Numbered from the stretch's first letter, positions 30,855 to 41,821 are shown. The stretch is 64,000 nt of DNA from an uncultured Pseudomonadota bacterium (GCA_963736005.1 CAVTNB010000001.1:1991379-2055378), one strand, 5' to 3'. Numbers and translations: made by a program. The notes: generated by a model from the letters alone, not told the origin.

Positions 30855-33800
30855 ATGTTGCATACCCACCGCCGCTGGGCTTTAGCGCTGGGTTTACTTG
30901 CGTTTGCCCTTGTGTCCGTGAGCGGATCTGTTCTCGCTGGTACGACCGGAGCCATCAGAGGCCGAGTCTACGACAGCGTTTCGAGCGCTCCAATCCAGGA
31001 CGTGAAGATTTCCGCGGTTTCGCCGTCGCAAAGTGGCACGCTCATGACGGATGCGTTGGGTTCGTACGCGTTTCTCTCGCTCGCGCCTGACACGTATTCG
31101 GTGACCGCCGAAAAGGCGGGTTACGACATCTCGTCGCAGCGCGGCGTCACGGTGCTCTCCGACCAGGTGCAGAATGTTTCGTTTGCGCTTGTGAAAAGTA
31201 TTACCACCCTAGGTCGGGTCAGCGTTCGTGCCTCCAACGAGCTCGTGAGACCGGGCACGACCAGTGATGTGTATTCGGTGAACGCAGCAACGCAGTCGGT
31301 AACCTCGGCGCTGGCCGGCTCGGGAAACCTCAACACCGGGTACAGCGCCATGGCATCGGTTCCCGGCGTCAACGTTCCACAAGGACAGCAAGGTTGGTAT
31401 CAACCGGTTTACATCCGCGGTGGTGACCTCGACCAAGTCGGCTGGGAGTTTGACGGCATTCCTGTCAATCGCTCGTACGACAACGCACCACAGACGTTTC
31501 TCTCGAGCTTGGGGCAGCAGGAGCTCCAAGTGTACACTGGAGGTACGCTGCCGTCAGCTGACGCGTCAGGTATTGCCGGCTATGTGAACCAGGTTGTGAA
31601 ACGCGGCACCTCACCTGGTTTTTCTAATCTGAGCTACGGCATTGGCACGCCCACCTATTACAATAAAGTTTCGATCGAAGCTGGCGGTGCCACGCAGGAT
31701 CAGAACTTCTCGTGGTACGCTGGCACGTTGGCATCCGATACGAACTATCGCTATATCAACGACAATAATGGTGCGGGCAGCCCAGGATTCTTCTACCCGT
31801 TAAATACAACTTTTTTTGGGAATTCCAAAAGCGTCTTCGATCCAGGCAACACGTATGGCATTGCCACGACCATCGATCGTGAGTCTGTCGTCAACTTGCA
31901 TTTTGGCATTCCCCATCGAGATGGCATTGGCAAGGACGATCTTCAGGTCTTGTGGATGACGGGGTATCTCCTCATGCCATACTATAGCTCGATCACTGAC
32001 CTCGGTGGACCGACGTTTGTTCAGAACAACACGGTCGGCAAGCCGCTCACCTTCAGTGACGGGGCCATCTATACCGGTCCAACCTTTGGGGCGCCAAATC
32101 CAGCGAACGTCATCACGTATCTGTATCCCAGTACGCCTCATACCTTGGACCAGGTTATTCCCACAAATCTGCGCGACTCCAACGAGAATTCTGTCGGTAT
32201 TGGCAAACTCCAATATCAGGCCAACTTTTCGCCGACTTCCTATCTTCGCGTCTTCGGCTACTCGCTATATTCCGATTGGTTTATCCACGGTCCGGTTTCG
32301 GCGGAGTTGGGGTTTTGCTGTTACGGAGGTGAAATCGCGGACTACGAGCTGCCGTCGCATACCTTCGGCGGCGTGGCCGACTATGCGAATCAGCTCAATG
32401 ATAAGAACCTCTTGACCATTTCCGCCTTTTACAACCAGATTCACATCCAGCGCTACACGACGACCCACGGTTTTCCAGGCGGGAACCTACCAGGTTATTC
32501 ATTTGCCGCAGGTTATGGGATAACGAACAACGTCGACGCGGCTGGCAATTGCTATGGACCAGGTGGGATAGCGGCGGGTCCGGTCACGTGCTTTGGGAGT
32601 CCCGCCATCTCCGCGTTTTCTGCCAATCCAAACCAAGGCACGTTTGCCCCGTATGGCGGTGGCCCCACAACTCTGGCCAATCTTGAACCCTTCGCCGCCA
32701 CGGCGGGCACGCGGTGGGCCGTGACGGAAAATGGCAACAGCGACAACTTTAACAAGGTCCGTCCGATCTTCGATGCCTTCTCACTCAACGATAACTATCG
32801 GCCGACTGACAAACTGAACTTCAACATCGGTGGTCGCGTCGAAACCTATACCATCGACATCGACGACAGTACGGTCACGGGCGCGGCCCGTCAATTCTGG
32901 TTCAACGCGTACAATCGCGAATTTTGCTTCGCGCCGGGCTACTTCCAGCCGCTCTATAAGGGTCCGACCGGAACCTGCGCGGCCAGTTTCCCCCTCACGA
33001 GCAACGTTGCGCTCGTGAACTCAAACCCCAAGAGCTTTGCGCACACGATCTTCGAGCCGCGGTTCGCGCTGAGCGACGAACTCGACTCGAACAACGTACT
33101 CCGTTTCTCTGCTGGGTTATACGCGCGACCCGCCAGCACGCGAGAAGCTTCCTGGAATACGGGCCAAGAGAATCTGGCAAGCTTCCTCGGGCAGAACTGG
33201 GTTTCGTATGGCCTCAACACGCCCAACCATGACGTGGTGCCCGATCAGTCGACAAACTTTGACCTCTCCTTCGAGCATCATTTCTCCGGTACGGACATGA
33301 GCATGAAGCTGACGCCCTACTACCGCAGCACGCAAAACCAAGTGCAACAGATCATCGTCAACGCACTGAGCGGGCTCTTCGGCAGCCTCAACACCGGCCG
33401 GCTCACTTCTGAGGGCGTCGAGTTCGCGTTGAGCAAAGGCGATTTCGCCCGCAATGGCTTGGCCTTCCAGGTTGCCTACACGTACAACTACAGCCGAATC
33501 AAGTTCAACAACTTTACGAACGGCCGCAACGTCATCGACAACATGAACGAGTATATTCAACTGTACAACTCGTTCACCAAGGCTTGTGCGACCGCAGTGC
33601 CCACGAGCAATCCCTCGTCGACCTGCGGAGTGTTTGGCAACCTCAATGCCGTTGCGCTAAATAACCCCTACTTCAACCTCGCGGCCCAACCGCTGTTTGA
33701 TCGCTCCGGATCGTACGTGCCCTATGATCTCATCCCGGTTCCGTACGCCGCAGCCAACGGATACGAAGTGCCAAGCGTGGCGTCGCTGATCATCAATTAC

Positions 33801-34334
33801 AAGCTCGACAAATGGAATATTACTCCGACCTTGGCGTACTCATCGGGAACGACCTATGGATCCCCGCTCTCATGGCCGGGCGCCGTCACAACAGGGGCGA
33901 CTCCTGGAGGGTCGCCCAATTGCACTGGCGTTGGAACGGTCGTGAGTGCCTCTTGTGGCGTTCCTTTGATGATTCCTGATCCGTACACCGGCAAGTTCGA
34001 CGGGTTCGGCGATTTCAAAGAGCCATCGCGGATTACTGTGAACCTGGGGATCGGCTACAAATTTACGTCGAACCTCAGCGCCTCTGCAACCTTGTCAAAC
34101 ATCATCGATTCATGCAACCAGCGTGGCTACGCGTGGGACCAGCCGAACATTTGCCTGTACTCGTCGCTGCCGTCGAGCTTCTTGCAGCCAACCGGCGGCA
34201 CGATCGCTCAGGCCGCGGCGGGTCCTGCTCAGCTGCGCTATCCGTACGGCATGTGGCTCAACAACAACAACACTGGCTTTGTCGGTGTGAAGTCTCCGAT
34301 GCAAACAAGCTTCCAGATCGACTGGAAGATGTAG
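30855..34334 (+). CDS. TonB-dependent outer membrane receptor with carboxypeptidase-regulatory N-terminal domain
   Basis: GGAGG RBS, signal peptide, GAIRGRVYD, plug VYIRGG..EFDGIPVN, beta-barrel-like C-terminus. Confidence 0.88.
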   Translation: MLHTHRRWALALGLLAFALVSVSGSVLAGTTGAIRGRVYDSVSSAPIQDVKISAVSPSQSGTLMTDALGSYAFLSLAPDTYSVTAEKAGYDISSQRGVTVLSDQVQNVSFALVKSITTLGRVSVRASNELVRPGTTSDVYSVNAATQSVTSALAGSGNLNTGYSAMASVPGVNVPQGQQGWYQPVYIRGGDLDQVGWEFDGIPVNRSYDNAPQTFLSSLGQQELQVYTGGTLPSADASGIAGYVNQVVKRGTSPGFSNLSYGIGTPTYYNKVSIEAGGATQDQNFSWYAGTLASDTNYRYINDNNGAGSPGFFYPLNTTFFGNSKSVFDPGNTYGIATTIDRESVVNLHFGIPHRDGIGKDDLQVLWMTGYLLMPYYSSITDLGGPTFVQNNTVGKPLTFSDGAIYTGPTFGAPNPANVITYLYPSTPHTLDQVIPTNLRDSNENSVGIGKLQYQANFSPTSYLRVFGYSLYSDWFIHGPVSAELGFCCYGGEIADYELPSHTFGGVADYANQLNDKNLLTISAFYNQIHIQRYTTTHGFPGGNLPGYSFAAGYGITNNVDAAGNCYGPGGIAAGPVTCFGSPAISAFSANPNQGTFAPYGGGPTTLANLEPFAATAGTRWAVTENGNSDNFNKVRPIFDAFSLNDNYRPTDKLNFNIGGRVETYTIDIDDSTVTGAARQFWFNAYNREFCFAPGYFQPLYKGPTGTCAASFPLTSNVALVNSNPKSFAHTIFEPRFALSDELDSNNVLRFSAGLYARPASTREASWNTGQENLASFLGQNWVSYGLNTPNHDVVPDQSTNFDLSFEHHFSGTDMSMKLTPYYRSTQNQVQQIIVNALSGLFGSLNTGRLTSEGVEFALSKGDFARNGLAFQVAYTYNYSRIKFNNFTNGRNVIDNMNEYIQLYNSFTKACATAVPTSNPSSTCGVFGNLNAVALNNPYFNLAAQPLFDRSGSYVPYDLIPVPYAAANGYEVPSVASLIINYKLDKWNITPTLAYSSGTTYGSPLSWPGAVTTGATPGGSPNCTGVGTVVSASCGVPLMIPDPYTGKFDGFGDFKEPSRITVNLGIGYKFTSNLSASATLSNIIDSCNQRGYAWDQPNICLYSSLPSSFLQPTGGTIAQAAAGPAQLRYPYGMWLNNNNTGFVGVKSPMQTSFQIDWKM

Positions 34335-34391
34335 GGGGCGATTGGAAAATCGCCCCACACAGGAGTGTAGCAGCGGACCTTTAGGTCCGCT
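34330..34391 (+). repeat. family B plus family A REP
   Basis: Copies at 34330-34356 and 34366-34391. Confidence 0.9.
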
Positions 34392-34403
34392 TGCTCACTT
34401 TCT

Positions 34404-35570
34404 ATGACACCATTCCCGCCCTTCATACAGCACATCGTTGATTCGGTCTACCCCATACCGCGTCAACTGCTGGCAGACCAGCTCGCCAGCATCACGCATC
34501 CTTTGTATTTCGTGTACGTCGCAATCGAACTGGCCTTTTTATTGTGGTTTTACTTCAGCGGTGCGTCAGCCAGTTTGCGAACGGCGCTCGAAACAACGAT
34601 AAAGAACCCGTTGCTTTGCGCAGTTGCCTTCATTGCAATCGGCTTCGCCGGGCTTTCGATTTTGATGCTGCCCATGAGTTTTTACGGCAGCTTTGTCCTC
34701 TCGCACCAATTCGGGTTGTCTGCTGAAACGGTCGGGCGGTGGCTGCGCGATTGGTTCGTGAGTCTCGTCTTGAGCGCGGCAGTTGCTTCAATTGCCGGCG
34801 CTTTGCTTCTCCGCGCCATGGCTCGGTGGCGAGCGTGGACCCTCATCGCAGCCGCAGGCGCGGCCGCGCTGCTCGTGTTTGGCAACGCTATCTTCCCCGT
34901 GTTTATCGCGCCCTTGTTCAACACGTTTACGCCGCTGCCAGCGACGCCGCTGACGCGCGCCATTCTCCACCTTGCGTCATCGCAAGGCATCAACGCGTCG
35001 GTTGTCTACGAATACAACATGAGCATCCAAACCCGTGAGGCAAACGCCTACGTCTCGGGGCTTGGAAGAACAGAACGCATTGCGGTGGGCGATACGCTGC
35101 TCGAGAGCATGCCACCCGATGAGGTGCTGTACGTCATGGCGCACGAGATGGGGCATTACAAACTGGGGCACCTGTGGCTGGGCACGTTTGAAGCATGGGT
35201 CTTTGTACTCGCTGCTCTTGCTCTCGTCGCAACGCTCGGGGCAAGACTTGCGCGCCGGAACCGGGGTCGCTCGCGCGATCTGGCAGACCCGGCAGCCGCG
35301 CCGCTGCTTGCAGCGCTCGTCTTAAGCTTCGAAATCGTCACCATGCCTGTTGCCAATGCCCTCTCCCGAAACATCGAACATGCGGCTGACGTCTTTGCCG
35401 GCGAGCATACAAACCTCGGTGACGCAGGGGTAAGAGCCCAGGCGCGCCTTGCCTCCATCGACCTCTCCCCGCTGCATCCGAGCCCGCTTGTGGTCTGGTA
35501 TTTTTACACGCATCCACCGAGCGACCAGCGGATTATGGATGCAGCCCGGCTCGCCCATCTCGTTCGATAG
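34404..35570 (+). CDS. M48 (Ste24-like) membrane metalloprotease
   Basis: NAYVSGLG, AHEMGH, EHAADVF, THPPSDQRI. Confidence 0.93.
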   Translation: MTPFPPFIQHIVDSVYPIPRQLLADQLASITHPLYFVYVAIELAFLLWFYFSGASASLRTALETTIKNPLLCAVAFIAIGFAGLSILMLPMSFYGSFVLSHQFGLSAETVGRWLRDWFVSLVLSAAVASIAGALLLRAMARWRAWTLIAAAGAAALLVFGNAIFPVFIAPLFNTFTPLPATPLTRAILHLASSQGINASVVYEYNMSIQTREANAYVSGLGRTERIAVGDTLLESMPPDEVLYVMAHEMGHYKLGHLWLGTFEAWVFVLAALALVATLGARLARRNRGRSRDLADPAAAPLLAALVLSFEIVTMPVANALSRNIEHAADVFAGEHTNLGDAGVRAQARLASIDLSPLHPSPLVVWYFYTHPPSDQRIMDAARLAHLVR

Positions 35571-35582
35571 GGCGGGCCACGC

Positions 35583-35627
35583 TTGACGCGTGCGCTCCAT
35601 GGTGCTAGGATTTTCCACATAATAGAA
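35583..35627 (+). promoter_or_regulatory. promoter with probable IclR-family operator
   Basis: TTGACG-N17-TAGGAT (extended -10), then TTCCA-N5-TAGAA imperfect palindrome at 35613-35627. Confidence 0.6.
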
Positions 35628-35648
35628 GACCTCTCGGAAGTAGGCCCC

Positions 35649-36473
35649 ATGGTGAAAGCGAGCGACCAAAGCGCAGCCGAAGGCGCGCGACGCGAGCGCG
35701 GCGGCGTGCAGTCCGTCGAGCGCACGCTGGATATTCTCGAATCGCTCGTCGAGCTCGGCTCGGAAGTCGGGCTGGTGGAAATCAGCCAGGCAGTATCGCT
35801 CCCTCTTGCCACCGTTCACCGGCTCCTGGGGACCCTGATCCAGCGTGGATACGTCAAACAAAATCGGCAGAACCGAAAATATTCACTCGGCTTCCGCGCG
35901 CTGCAAATGGGCAGCGACATGCGCCAACGTTTCAGCTTGCGACTGGAAGCGCGTCCATTCTTGCAGCGGTTGATGCAAAGCTGCGGCGAAAGTGCAAATC
36001 TCGCGGTCCTCGATGATGGTGAAGTCGTCTACATCGACCAAGCACAGTCGTCGCGCATCCTGAGAATGTTCACCCAGATAGGCAACCGCTTGCCTGCGCA
36101 CTCCACCGGGAGCGGCAAAGTGATGTTGGCGTTTGCGCCGCCTGAAGTGATGGACGGCATCTTGCGCCGCTATGCGCTCACCGAGCGAACGCCGCACACC
36201 ATCGTTGATGTGGACGAGTTCAGGAGCGAGCTCGAGCGCATTCGGCGGCAAGGTTACGCAATCGACGACCAAGAGCATGAAGAAGGCGTCCGCTGCATCG
36301 CTGCTCCGGTTCGCGACGAGTCCGGTCAAGTCGTTGCAAGCTTGTCGATCTCAGGCCCCGTGACGCGCTTGAGCGATCGAGCCGTCTCGGACATCACTCC
36401 CGAAGTGGTCGACTGCGGAATAAAACTCTCATCGCGACTAGGATACAAGCCAGAACCAGCTCCCGTCTCTTAA
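35649..36473 (+). CDS. IclR family transcriptional regulator
   Basis: VQSVERTLDILE, ATVHRLL, PAHSTGSGK, GYAIDDQEHEEGVRCIAAP. Confidence 0.95.
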   Translation: MVKASDQSAAEGARRERGGVQSVERTLDILESLVELGSEVGLVEISQAVSLPLATVHRLLGTLIQRGYVKQNRQNRKYSLGFRALQMGSDMRQRFSLRLEARPFLQRLMQSCGESANLAVLDDGEVVYIDQAQSSRILRMFTQIGNRLPAHSTGSGKVMLAFAPPEVMDGILRRYALTERTPHTIVDVDEFRSELERIRRQGYAIDDQEHEEGVRCIAAPVRDESGQVVASLSISGPVTRLSDRAVSDITPEVVDCGIKLSSRLGYKPEPAPVS

Positions 36474-36559
36474 AAAACTCACAACTCGCGTGCGCCCCAT
36501 CACTACCGTTTGGCACACGGTTGGCGGCCGGCGCTTTCGGGCATATAATGCTCTTAGCG

Positions 36560-38002
36560 ATGAAAGGAATGCGACCAGCCGGTGGTGGTCTTGCGCCCGA
36601 CCGCTCGGCCGCGGCTGTGGTTCACTATTTCACGTCCGACCCTTTGCGCATGGCGCGCGCCGACCGCATCGTCCGTGATCTCGCGCTTCCACTCTCCACC
36701 GTCCAGCCAATTCTCGATCACCTCGTGGCGCTCGGCGTCCTCGATCGCCGGAGTCCCAGCCCCACTGAACCGCCGGTCTATCTCCCCCAGGTCGCCGATC
36801 AATTTCTTGATGTGATCGAACGATTGTCAAACTATTTCAACCAGCAAATCGAAGATATCGCCGTGTCGCCGGAGCGGGCACAGCTCGCTGTCGGAGAAGC
36901 GCCCGCCGAAGGAGATCGCGTCCATCCCCTGCGCGCACGCGTCGCCAGCCTCGAGGCCGCAAACGCGCTGATGCAGCGCAAGAATCTCGAGCTCTCGTTT
37001 CTGTATGAGGCGAGTCTCCTGCTCGCAAGTTCGATCGATCTCTCGACCTTGGGCCAGACAGTCGTCAACGCCGTGGTGAACGCATCCAGATTCAAGATTC
37101 AAAAGTGCTTCGTTGCGCTGGTGGACGGCGATGCCTTTATCTTTCACGCAGGCCACGGCGTGGAGCCGTTGGATGCCGAGCAGTTCATGTTCAGGTATCG
37201 GGCACGTCTGCGACAAGGCGTCGAGCGCGGCGAGGTGATCGTCGCGAGTGTGGAAACGCTGGCGAATGAACCCAACGGCGATGCCGGCGCGTGCGTTATT
37301 ATCCCCATGGTTTCACGGCCCCCGGAGCGCGGCTACGGCTGCATCGTCATTACAGACATGGAAGAGGGCGGGCTCACCGGAGACGATTTGCGCACCCTCA
37401 CCCAGCTGGCCGAACTCGCCGGGCGCAGTCTCGCCAATGCGGCGCTGTACAGTCGAAGTGTTGCCCTTGGCATGACCGACGAGCTGACTGGCGTCCTGAA
37501 CCGGCGCTATCTCGATCGCCGCTTGGCCGACGAGGTCAAGCGTTCGCATCGCACCGGCGGCAACCTCTCCGTTATCATCATGGATCTTGATCTGTTCAAG
37601 GCGGTCAACGATCGACTTGGTCATCTCGAAGGCGACCGCATGCTCCAGGCGGTGGCGCGCACGATTTCGGCTTCGGTGCGCGACATCGACGTCGTCACCC
37701 GCTTCGGTGGGGAGGAGTTTGCGATCATCTTACCTGGCGCCACGGAGCGTGACGCGTTCATGGTGGCCGAACGCGTGCGCGCTGCGGTGGAGATGATGGG
37801 CTATGAAAGCGCGGGAGGATTGGAGATACCGATCACCATCTCCGCGGGCGTCGCGCAATTCAAGGACAGCATTCACACGCCTGCGCAACTTATCGCCGTC
37901 GCGGATCGTCGCTTGCTGGACGCCAAGCGCGGCGGCCGCAATCGCACGGTCGCTTCATCTGCGAGCGCTGTCGCGGTGGACCTCCAAGCTCGTTCGATGT
38001 AG
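36560..38002 (+). CDS. GAF-GGDEF diguanylate cyclase with wHTH-like N-terminus
   Basis: DELTGVLNRR, RDID I-site, RFGGEEF. Start uncertain. Confidence 0.9.
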   Translation: MKGMRPAGGGLAPDRSAAAVVHYFTSDPLRMARADRIVRDLALPLSTVQPILDHLVALGVLDRRSPSPTEPPVYLPQVADQFLDVIERLSNYFNQQIEDIAVSPERAQLAVGEAPAEGDRVHPLRARVASLEAANALMQRKNLELSFLYEASLLLASSIDLSTLGQTVVNAVVNASRFKIQKCFVALVDGDAFIFHAGHGVEPLDAEQFMFRYRARLRQGVERGEVIVASVETLANEPNGDAGACVIIPMVSRPPERGYGCIVITDMEEGGLTGDDLRTLTQLAELAGRSLANAALYSRSVALGMTDELTGVLNRRYLDRRLADEVKRSHRTGGNLSVIIMDLDLFKAVNDRLGHLEGDRMLQAVARTISASVRDIDVVTRFGGEEFAIILPGATERDAFMVAERVRAAVEMMGYESAGGLEIPITISAGVAQFKDSIHTPAQLIAVADRRLLDAKRGGRNRTVASSASAVAVDLQARSM

Positions 38003-38108
38003 CGGGCGAATTTATTCCTAAGTGTAGGGGGCGATTGGAAAATCGCCCCACGTCGTCGCGCGAATTCATTCGCGCGTATTGGTGTAGCGGGCGACTGTCA
38101 AGTCGCCC
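37998..38108 (+). repeat. mixed REP cluster (D/C hybrid, B, C, D)
   Basis: Four palindromic units at 37998, 38023, 38052, 38083. Confidence 0.88.
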
Positions 38109-38111
38109 ATG

Positions 38112-38696
38112 TTAGAGATGGGAAGCGACTTCCTTACCAATGATTTCCATTTGGAAGCGGGTGATGGCAGGCCGCTTTAAAGATCGATCCATGATTTGAA
38201 TCCGCACAATAGTCCCGTGACGCCGGAGGAGTAAAGAACTCGCGTGTGCGTCCGGCACCCACACGGCTCGCTCCCCAAGGTCGCCGACGACAACCGGAGG
38301 CTGGTCACTGATGATGGTTGATGGCTTCGCAAGCTGCCCATCATAAAATGCGAACTGCGGATCGCCCTGCTTCCTGACATCGATTGTGAGATCCATCGCT
38401 TGAGGTGACTCCGCTTGACCGACTGTCGTCCATTCGCACAGGGTTGGCGCGATTGGGTTTTGATCCGGAGAGATCGCCATGGGTTGATTCAATACGGCAG
38501 AGACGGTCTTGTCACTGAGCAGTCCGCAAGGGCGGCCGGATAGGGCGGTGGTGTCCGCTGTCTGCGCGACCGATGGGGATGAGGTCGCGGCATCAGTGCC
38601 CGTTTTGCTCCCGATGTCCTGTTTGCTTGTGCAGGCGAAAAGAACGCACGCACAGGTGAAGCAAACTGTCAGGGCTCTCAATTGGTGACCCTTCAT
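38112..38696 (-). CDS. lipoprotein, DUF3558-like
   Basis: Lipobox LFAC; PCGLLSDKTVSAVL, LCEW, LGERAVW. Confidence 0.7.
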   Translation of the reverse strand: MKGHQLRALTVCFTCACVLFACTSKQDIGSKTGTDAATSSPSVAQTADTTALSGRPCGLLSDKTVSAVLNQPMAISPDQNPIAPTLCEWTTVGQAESPQAMDLTIDVRKQGDPQFAFYDGQLAKPSTIISDQPPVVVGDLGERAVWVPDAHASSLLLRRHGTIVRIQIMDRSLKRPAITRFQMEIIGKEVASHL

Positions 38697-38712
38697 TCTT
38701 GCACTCCGATCT

Positions 38713-40119
38713 TCACGCACGGATAAGTTCTACCCGTCGGTTGAGCGCCCGACCCTCGAGCGTGGCGTTGGTCGCCTTTGGTCGTGACGCACCAAAGCCT
38801 CCGGTGGTCAAACGGGCCGAAGCGATGTGATATCTCGTAACGAGGGCCGCCTTTACTGATTCAGCTCGGCGACGTGAGAGCGTGAGGTTGTAGGCAGCAG
38901 TTCCTATTGAGTCCGTATGTCCATCGATCTCAAGTCGCCATTGGGGATGCTGCGAGAGCAGTTGCGCAATGGCGGCAAGCGTGGGTTCCGACTGTGGCCG
39001 AATCGTTGCCTGGTTGAAGTCGAAGTAGATCCCATAAACGTCGGCTGGTTTTTTGGCTTCGAGTGTAGAGACGAGGGCATTGGTCATCTGCGGACCCGCT
39101 TGCGAGATCTTAATGACTTGCATTTCCTCAGCTTCGATCGTGAAACGCAGCACGAGCGGGTTGTTCGGATCATTAAGTATCCACATGTCGTAACAGCCGA
39201 AGCGGATGGCCGGGGGAGTTTGCAGACACTCTGGTTGACCGCCATGGAGGTGGACTGCGGCAACCGCAACTGGTTTGTCATCAAGAATGATAGGGACGCC
39301 GCCTTGGCCGACATTCTGAACTTGCGACGAATCCGCCATCCCCATGCAAAACGTCGACGGGTAGAAGGTCATCTTTGCGGTCTTGTGCGAGCTTATCGTA
39401 GCGAGCACGTCACGCGACACCTCGAGTGTGGTCGTGCCCGGATGATCGCCCTGCACTGGCGTTTCATCCTTGGCAAAAAACTTCGGAGGCATTCCGTTGC
39501 AAAAGTCCGGAAAGAATTGCTGCGAGTGGTCGAGGTCCTCATTGCGAGTCTTTCGCAAGGTATCGATCGTGAAATACTTGGTCTTTGAATCGAAGGAAAA
39601 AGTCATGCTGCCCGAGTCAGTTGACACGACGCGCTTGATGGATTCCAAATCTCCATCAGGACTCTCGCCCGCGGTCACTATCGTCAGACCGACTTGCAAC
39701 GGAATTGACGTCTGCACTCCAGAGCCGCTCGGCGTCCACTCGGGCTGCGGTGTCGGCGCTCCAGCACTGCTTCCACTCGCTGACGGTGGACTCGAAAGCG
39801 CCTGCAATACTTGCCCGATTTGCCCCACCACGGCGCCCCCGGCTGCATTCCCGGTTGACGCTGCCGCGCTCGGGGACTCAGACTCCGCTGCTGGCGTCTG
39901 ACTCTCGGTACTGACAGATGGCTCGGTCGAGCCGACCGGGCTCGTTAATACAAGCGGAGTTTGCGTTGCAACCGCGATCGCCGATGGACCGGCGATGGTG
40001 GGCGTTGGTGTCGCCGATGTTTGTTGGTTGCCTCCATGTGCGCACGAAGCGCACATGATGGATGCAACCGCCGCAGCGAGTGCCCACGTCCCATATGCTC
40101 GACGTACGGATCTATTCAT
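38713..40119 (-). CDS. OmpA-family lipoprotein with Pro/Ser/Thr linker and unknown middle domain
   Basis: Lipobox CASC; C-terminal IYFDFNQA, IDGHTDSIG, NLTLSRRRAESV, GRALNRRVEL. Confidence 0.9.
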   Translation of the reverse strand: MNRSVRRAYGTWALAAAVASIMCASCAHGGNQQTSATPTPTIAGPSAIAVATQTPLVLTSPVGSTEPSVSTESQTPAAESESPSAAASTGNAAGGAVVGQIGQVLQALSSPPSASGSSAGAPTPQPEWTPSGSGVQTSIPLQVGLTIVTAGESPDGDLESIKRVVSTDSGSMTFSFDSKTKYFTIDTLRKTRNEDLDHSQQFFPDFCNGMPPKFFAKDETPVQGDHPGTTTLEVSRDVLATISSHKTAKMTFYPSTFCMGMADSSQVQNVGQGGVPIILDDKPVAVAAVHLHGGQPECLQTPPAIRFGCYDMWILNDPNNPLVLRFTIEAEEMQVIKISQAGPQMTNALVSTLEAKKPADVYGIYFDFNQATIRPQSEPTLAAIAQLLSQHPQWRLEIDGHTDSIGTAAYNLTLSRRRAESVKAALVTRYHIASARLTTGGFGASRPKATNATLEGRALNRRVELIRA

Positions 40120-40151
40120 TGGCTTGATCACGATTGCCCCGGTCCCCGACG

Positions 40152-41711
40152 TTATCCATCGCCCGCAGTCGCTATGTCTTTGCAACGCTGAACCGGCGGA
40201 TCGATCATGTGCCAGATTTTGAGTTTCTTGACCCCGGAATTCGGCTCCGCAAAGGTGATGCCCAGCATCTTCGCCTCCGCCCCATACTTGTAAGCAAAGA
40301 CAAGCGTCGTGATCGTGCACGGGACAACGAGCGGCTCAGCGTTGGATTCCTTGGAGAGTCCAGTCGACACAATGAATTCGACATAGACGCCGGCTTCATT
40401 GTCCAGTAGCTTCTTCACGCCACTTTTGACGAAGGTTTTTGCTTTGCCGAGGAACGTGCTAAACTTGCTTTGTTGACCGGAGCCATCGATTGCGCTTTCG
40501 CCTTCGGATTTTTGGCTTGCGGATTCGCCGTTCTCTTCTTCCTCGATCTCAAAGTTTGTCTTGAGTTCTATCTTCGGTATCGCCATCGCCACAACGATGC
40601 CAAACGAACCAATCGAAATATTGGCGTGCGTGTCAGGATTGATGGATGCCTCACCATGAACGTCCTCCTTGCCGTTGGCGCTTTGGCCGCTCGCGGAAAA
40701 GCCCGCATCGCCCGTATAGTTTATGCTGAAACTACCGTGCGCTAATTCTCCTTTGCCTGAAAAACCCGGTTTAATAATTGCAGCAGTCGAGAACTCGAGA
40801 GCAAACGGAATCTCACCGATCAGGAATGGAAATTTTGCTTTGGGAAGCCCTAATTTGATCCCGCTTTCTGCGGGGTCTAGCGTCCCAAGGCCGGGCGTGA
40901 ACTTTTGTGCAGTCCACTCGAAGTCGACGTGGCCATTCAGCCCTGACGCTGAGTATTCCATATCATTGACTTGACCATTGGCGAACTGCATGTTTGCCAG
41001 TGAGGAAAAGTTCGCGATATTACCCGTGCCTCGGACCTCCAGATCCATCCCAGCAATGTTCTCGCGCTTCAGCGTCAGGGTCATATTCATCGCATTCGGG
41101 CTTGGCGCTAGAACAGCACAAATGTGCCAGTTGCCGATTGAGATGATAGGGGTGACCGCATTTGAGCCGTTTCCCCCGCACTCACCCTCTCCCTGAGCCA
41201 TGGCAGGTTCGCCGTGACTCCGCAACCACTCGCCCACCGGGTCGTACGCAACTGTTTCCTCACCCATGGTCCCAAAATTCACGGGAATGTTCCAGGCGAT
41301 GTGCCCGTTTTGAATGGCGTCGGTGAGCGCCGCTTGACCGACCGTTACAAAAACGACATTGTTGCGCCGCTCGACGGCGGTGACTTTTCGCAGGCCGATC
41401 TTCCTGAAGAGCACCGTTTTGCCGGGCGCGAGCGCTTGGATCTGCGGCGATGAGTCGTCGAAGACAAGGATCGATCCATCATCGCTGACAGCAAGAAGTG
41501 AATCGGCAACGGTCTTTTCATCGACAAAGACCGTACTTGGTTTGAACGTCACCTGGTAGACTGAACCGGGAGCATTTGTGATATCGGTAACCGCTGCCGG
41601 CGTCGATGCCTCACCGCTCGAAGGTGAAGGATGCCCAGCGCACGAGACAACCGTCAACGACCCAAGAGCCACGATGGACGCTAGCAGCAGCTTTGAAAGC
41701 AATCGAAACAT
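40152..41711 (-). CDS. hypothetical beta-rich lipoprotein
   Basis: 519 aa ORF, lipobox VVSC; first gene of a three-gene operon. Confidence 0.75.
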   Translation of the reverse strand: MFRLLSKLLLASIVALGSLTVVSCAGHPSPSSGEASTPAAVTDITNAPGSVYQVTFKPSTVFVDEKTVADSLLAVSDDGSILVFDDSSPQIQALAPGKTVLFRKIGLRKVTAVERRNNVVFVTVGQAALTDAIQNGHIAWNIPVNFGTMGEETVAYDPVGEWLRSHGEPAMAQGEGECGGNGSNAVTPIISIGNWHICAVLAPSPNAMNMTLTLKRENIAGMDLEVRGTGNIANFSSLANMQFANGQVNDMEYSASGLNGHVDFEWTAQKFTPGLGTLDPAESGIKLGLPKAKFPFLIGEIPFALEFSTAAIIKPGFSGKGELAHGSFSINYTGDAGFSASGQSANGKEDVHGEASINPDTHANISIGSFGIVVAMAIPKIELKTNFEIEEEENGESASQKSEGESAIDGSGQQSKFSTFLGKAKTFVKSGVKKLLDNEAGVYVEFIVSTGLSKESNAEPLVVPCTITTLVFAYKYGAEAKMLGITFAEPNSGVKKLKIWHMIDPPVQRCKDIATAGDG

Positions 41712-41747
41712 AGTCGGCCTTTCAACTCAGGATCGAGTCTTTGCCCC

Positions 41748-41779
41748 ATTGTACAACGCGCCCGTCCATGGGGCGTCCA
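41748..41779 (-). promoter_or_regulatory. SARP-type promoter 1
   Basis: TGGACG-CCCCA-TGGACG-N9-TACAAT. Confidence 0.8.
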
Positions 41780-41821
41780 CCAAGATGGGCGGCAAGCGGA
41801 CCTAAGGATTCGGCCTTTACG

